Shown here: in pieces, positions 63,621 through 64,000 of the stretch
Layout: the number at the start of each line of letters is the position of its first letter
How positions within the stretch are numbered: position 1 is the stretch's first letter
Assembly (NCBI GenBank): GCA_027062365.1
Contig: JAMOTK010000066.1
Coordinates: 12,782-76,781 of the forward strand
Source: Sulfurovum sp.
GTDB lineage: Bacteria; Campylobacterota; Campylobacteria; Campylobacterales; Sulfurovaceae
Direction of reading: 5' to 3'
Length of the DNA stretch: 64,000 nucleotides
Notes under the pieces: model-generated
The model's input: only the letters and a program-made list of their open reading frames with translations
Told to the model about the DNA's origin: nothing
Database searches by the model: none
Program-made: the position numbers and the translations under genes

Positions 63621-64000
63621 TGAAACACAAAAAGATAGAAGCATTTGAAAACCTAGTGGATGCCTTTCAATCTTTGCCCTCTATTGGTAAAAAATCTGCT
63701 ATTCGTATGGCATACCATGCTGTGATGGTAGATGGCTTTGCTGGTATGAAACTCTCTCATGCCCTAGAAACAGGTATCAACACTATCCAAAAATGCACAA
63801 AGTGTCACAATATGAGCGAAGATGAACTCTGTAGTATCTGCTCTGATGTTTACCGAGACAGCTCCAAACTCTGTATCGTGCAATCAGCAAAAGACATCTT
63901 GACCATAGAAGACAGTGGAGAGTTTAAAGGGGTCTATTATGTCATATCAGAAGTACGTGATATGGATGAAGCCCATCTCTTTTATGCCGTAGGAGGTGTA
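63620..64000 (+). CDS. recR: Recombination protein RecR (N-terminal ~126 aa; runs off the right edge)
   Basis: My own translation from the ATG at 63620 (TAATG overlap with the Dabb stop) reads MKHKKIEAFENLVDAFQSLPSIGKKSAIRMAYH...CTKCHNMSEDELCSICSD...LCIVQSAKDILTIE. This covers the HhH, C4 zinc finger and the start of Toprim. Confidence 0.88.
   Translation, partial: MKHKKIEAFENLVDAFQSLPSIGKKSAIRMAYHAVMVDGFAGMKLSHALETGINTIQKCTKCHNMSEDELCSICSDVYRDSSKLCIVQSAKDILTIEDSGEFKGVYYVISEVRDMDEAHLFYAVGGV

Noticed and set aside
1-64000. A search for tRNA, rRNA, tmRNA and riboswitch-like elements in the larger intergenic gaps (1658-2026, 7061-7222, 22044-22187, 23907-24143, 24915-25187, 26890-27033, 35650-35831, 58638-58778, 59061-59227, 61180-61357, 61917-62107)
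   Set aside because: I saw no cloverleaf-compatible GC-rich stems, no T-loop (GTTCRANYC) motifs and no conserved riboswitch cores by eye. The gaps are AT-rich promoter and terminator sequence or the repeats already listed. A tRNAscan/Infernal run would be needed to be certain.

Overview
This is a chromosomal segment from an AT-rich Campylobacterota genome, probably Sulfurimonas/Sulfurovum-like. That assignment is an inference from the fused ccsBA, a UbiD-type futalosine-pathway decarboxylase, the Bat aerotolerance operon and recurrent TGnTATAAT extended -10 boxes. I found no rRNA, tRNA, CRISPR array or transposase.

Housekeeping genes: ccsBA (partial), a DEAD-box helicase, rpsA, serA, efp, the UbiD-like decarboxylase, pqiAABC, sppA, hup, dnaJ, a Dabb protein and recR (partial).

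Accessory blocks between them:
- 7.2-12.8 kb: a TolC/MFP/RND efflux operon whose RND permease is naturally split into two translationally coupled halves.
- 13.5-22 kb: a minus-strand operon made entirely of periplasm-facing proteins. It holds a NIT-like hybrid histidine kinase, four paralogous free-standing double PilJ/NarX-P-box sensor-domain proteins and a di-haem cytochrome c peroxidase.
- 22.2-25 kb: three tandem genes for secreted Ser/Thr/Asp-rich proteins built of 11-residue (33-bp) repeats, two of them inside a near-perfect ~0.8-kb duplication.
- 25.2-26.9 kb: two cytochrome c'-like (class II) genes around an orphan efflux-adaptor paralogue.
- 29.3-35.6 kb: the MoxR/DUF58/BatA-D operon.
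- 35.7-45 kb: a block bracketed by inverted ~90-bp hairpin repeats. It carries a type I R-M operon (hsdR-hsdS-X-hsdM) in which X is a fused MNT nucleotidyltransferase-HEPN (Rx4HxY) protein.
- 45-49.2 kb: two AsmA-like genes with a 1x and 2x module architecture.
- 51.1-53.4 kb: a more AT-rich islet with Fic, a small PD-(D/E)xK protein and a C5-methyltransferase.
- 60-62.1 kb: an islet with two paralogous secreted proteins and a MazF/PemK toxin-antitoxin pair, flanked by 65-bp direct repeats and a dnaJ-fragment scar.

The most promising candidates for undescribed biology are the periplasmic solo-sensor/kinase/peroxidase operon, the MNT-HEPN fusion embedded in the type I R-M operon, and the hendecad-repeat secreted protein family.

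All functional calls rest on motif recognition by eye. No database search was run.
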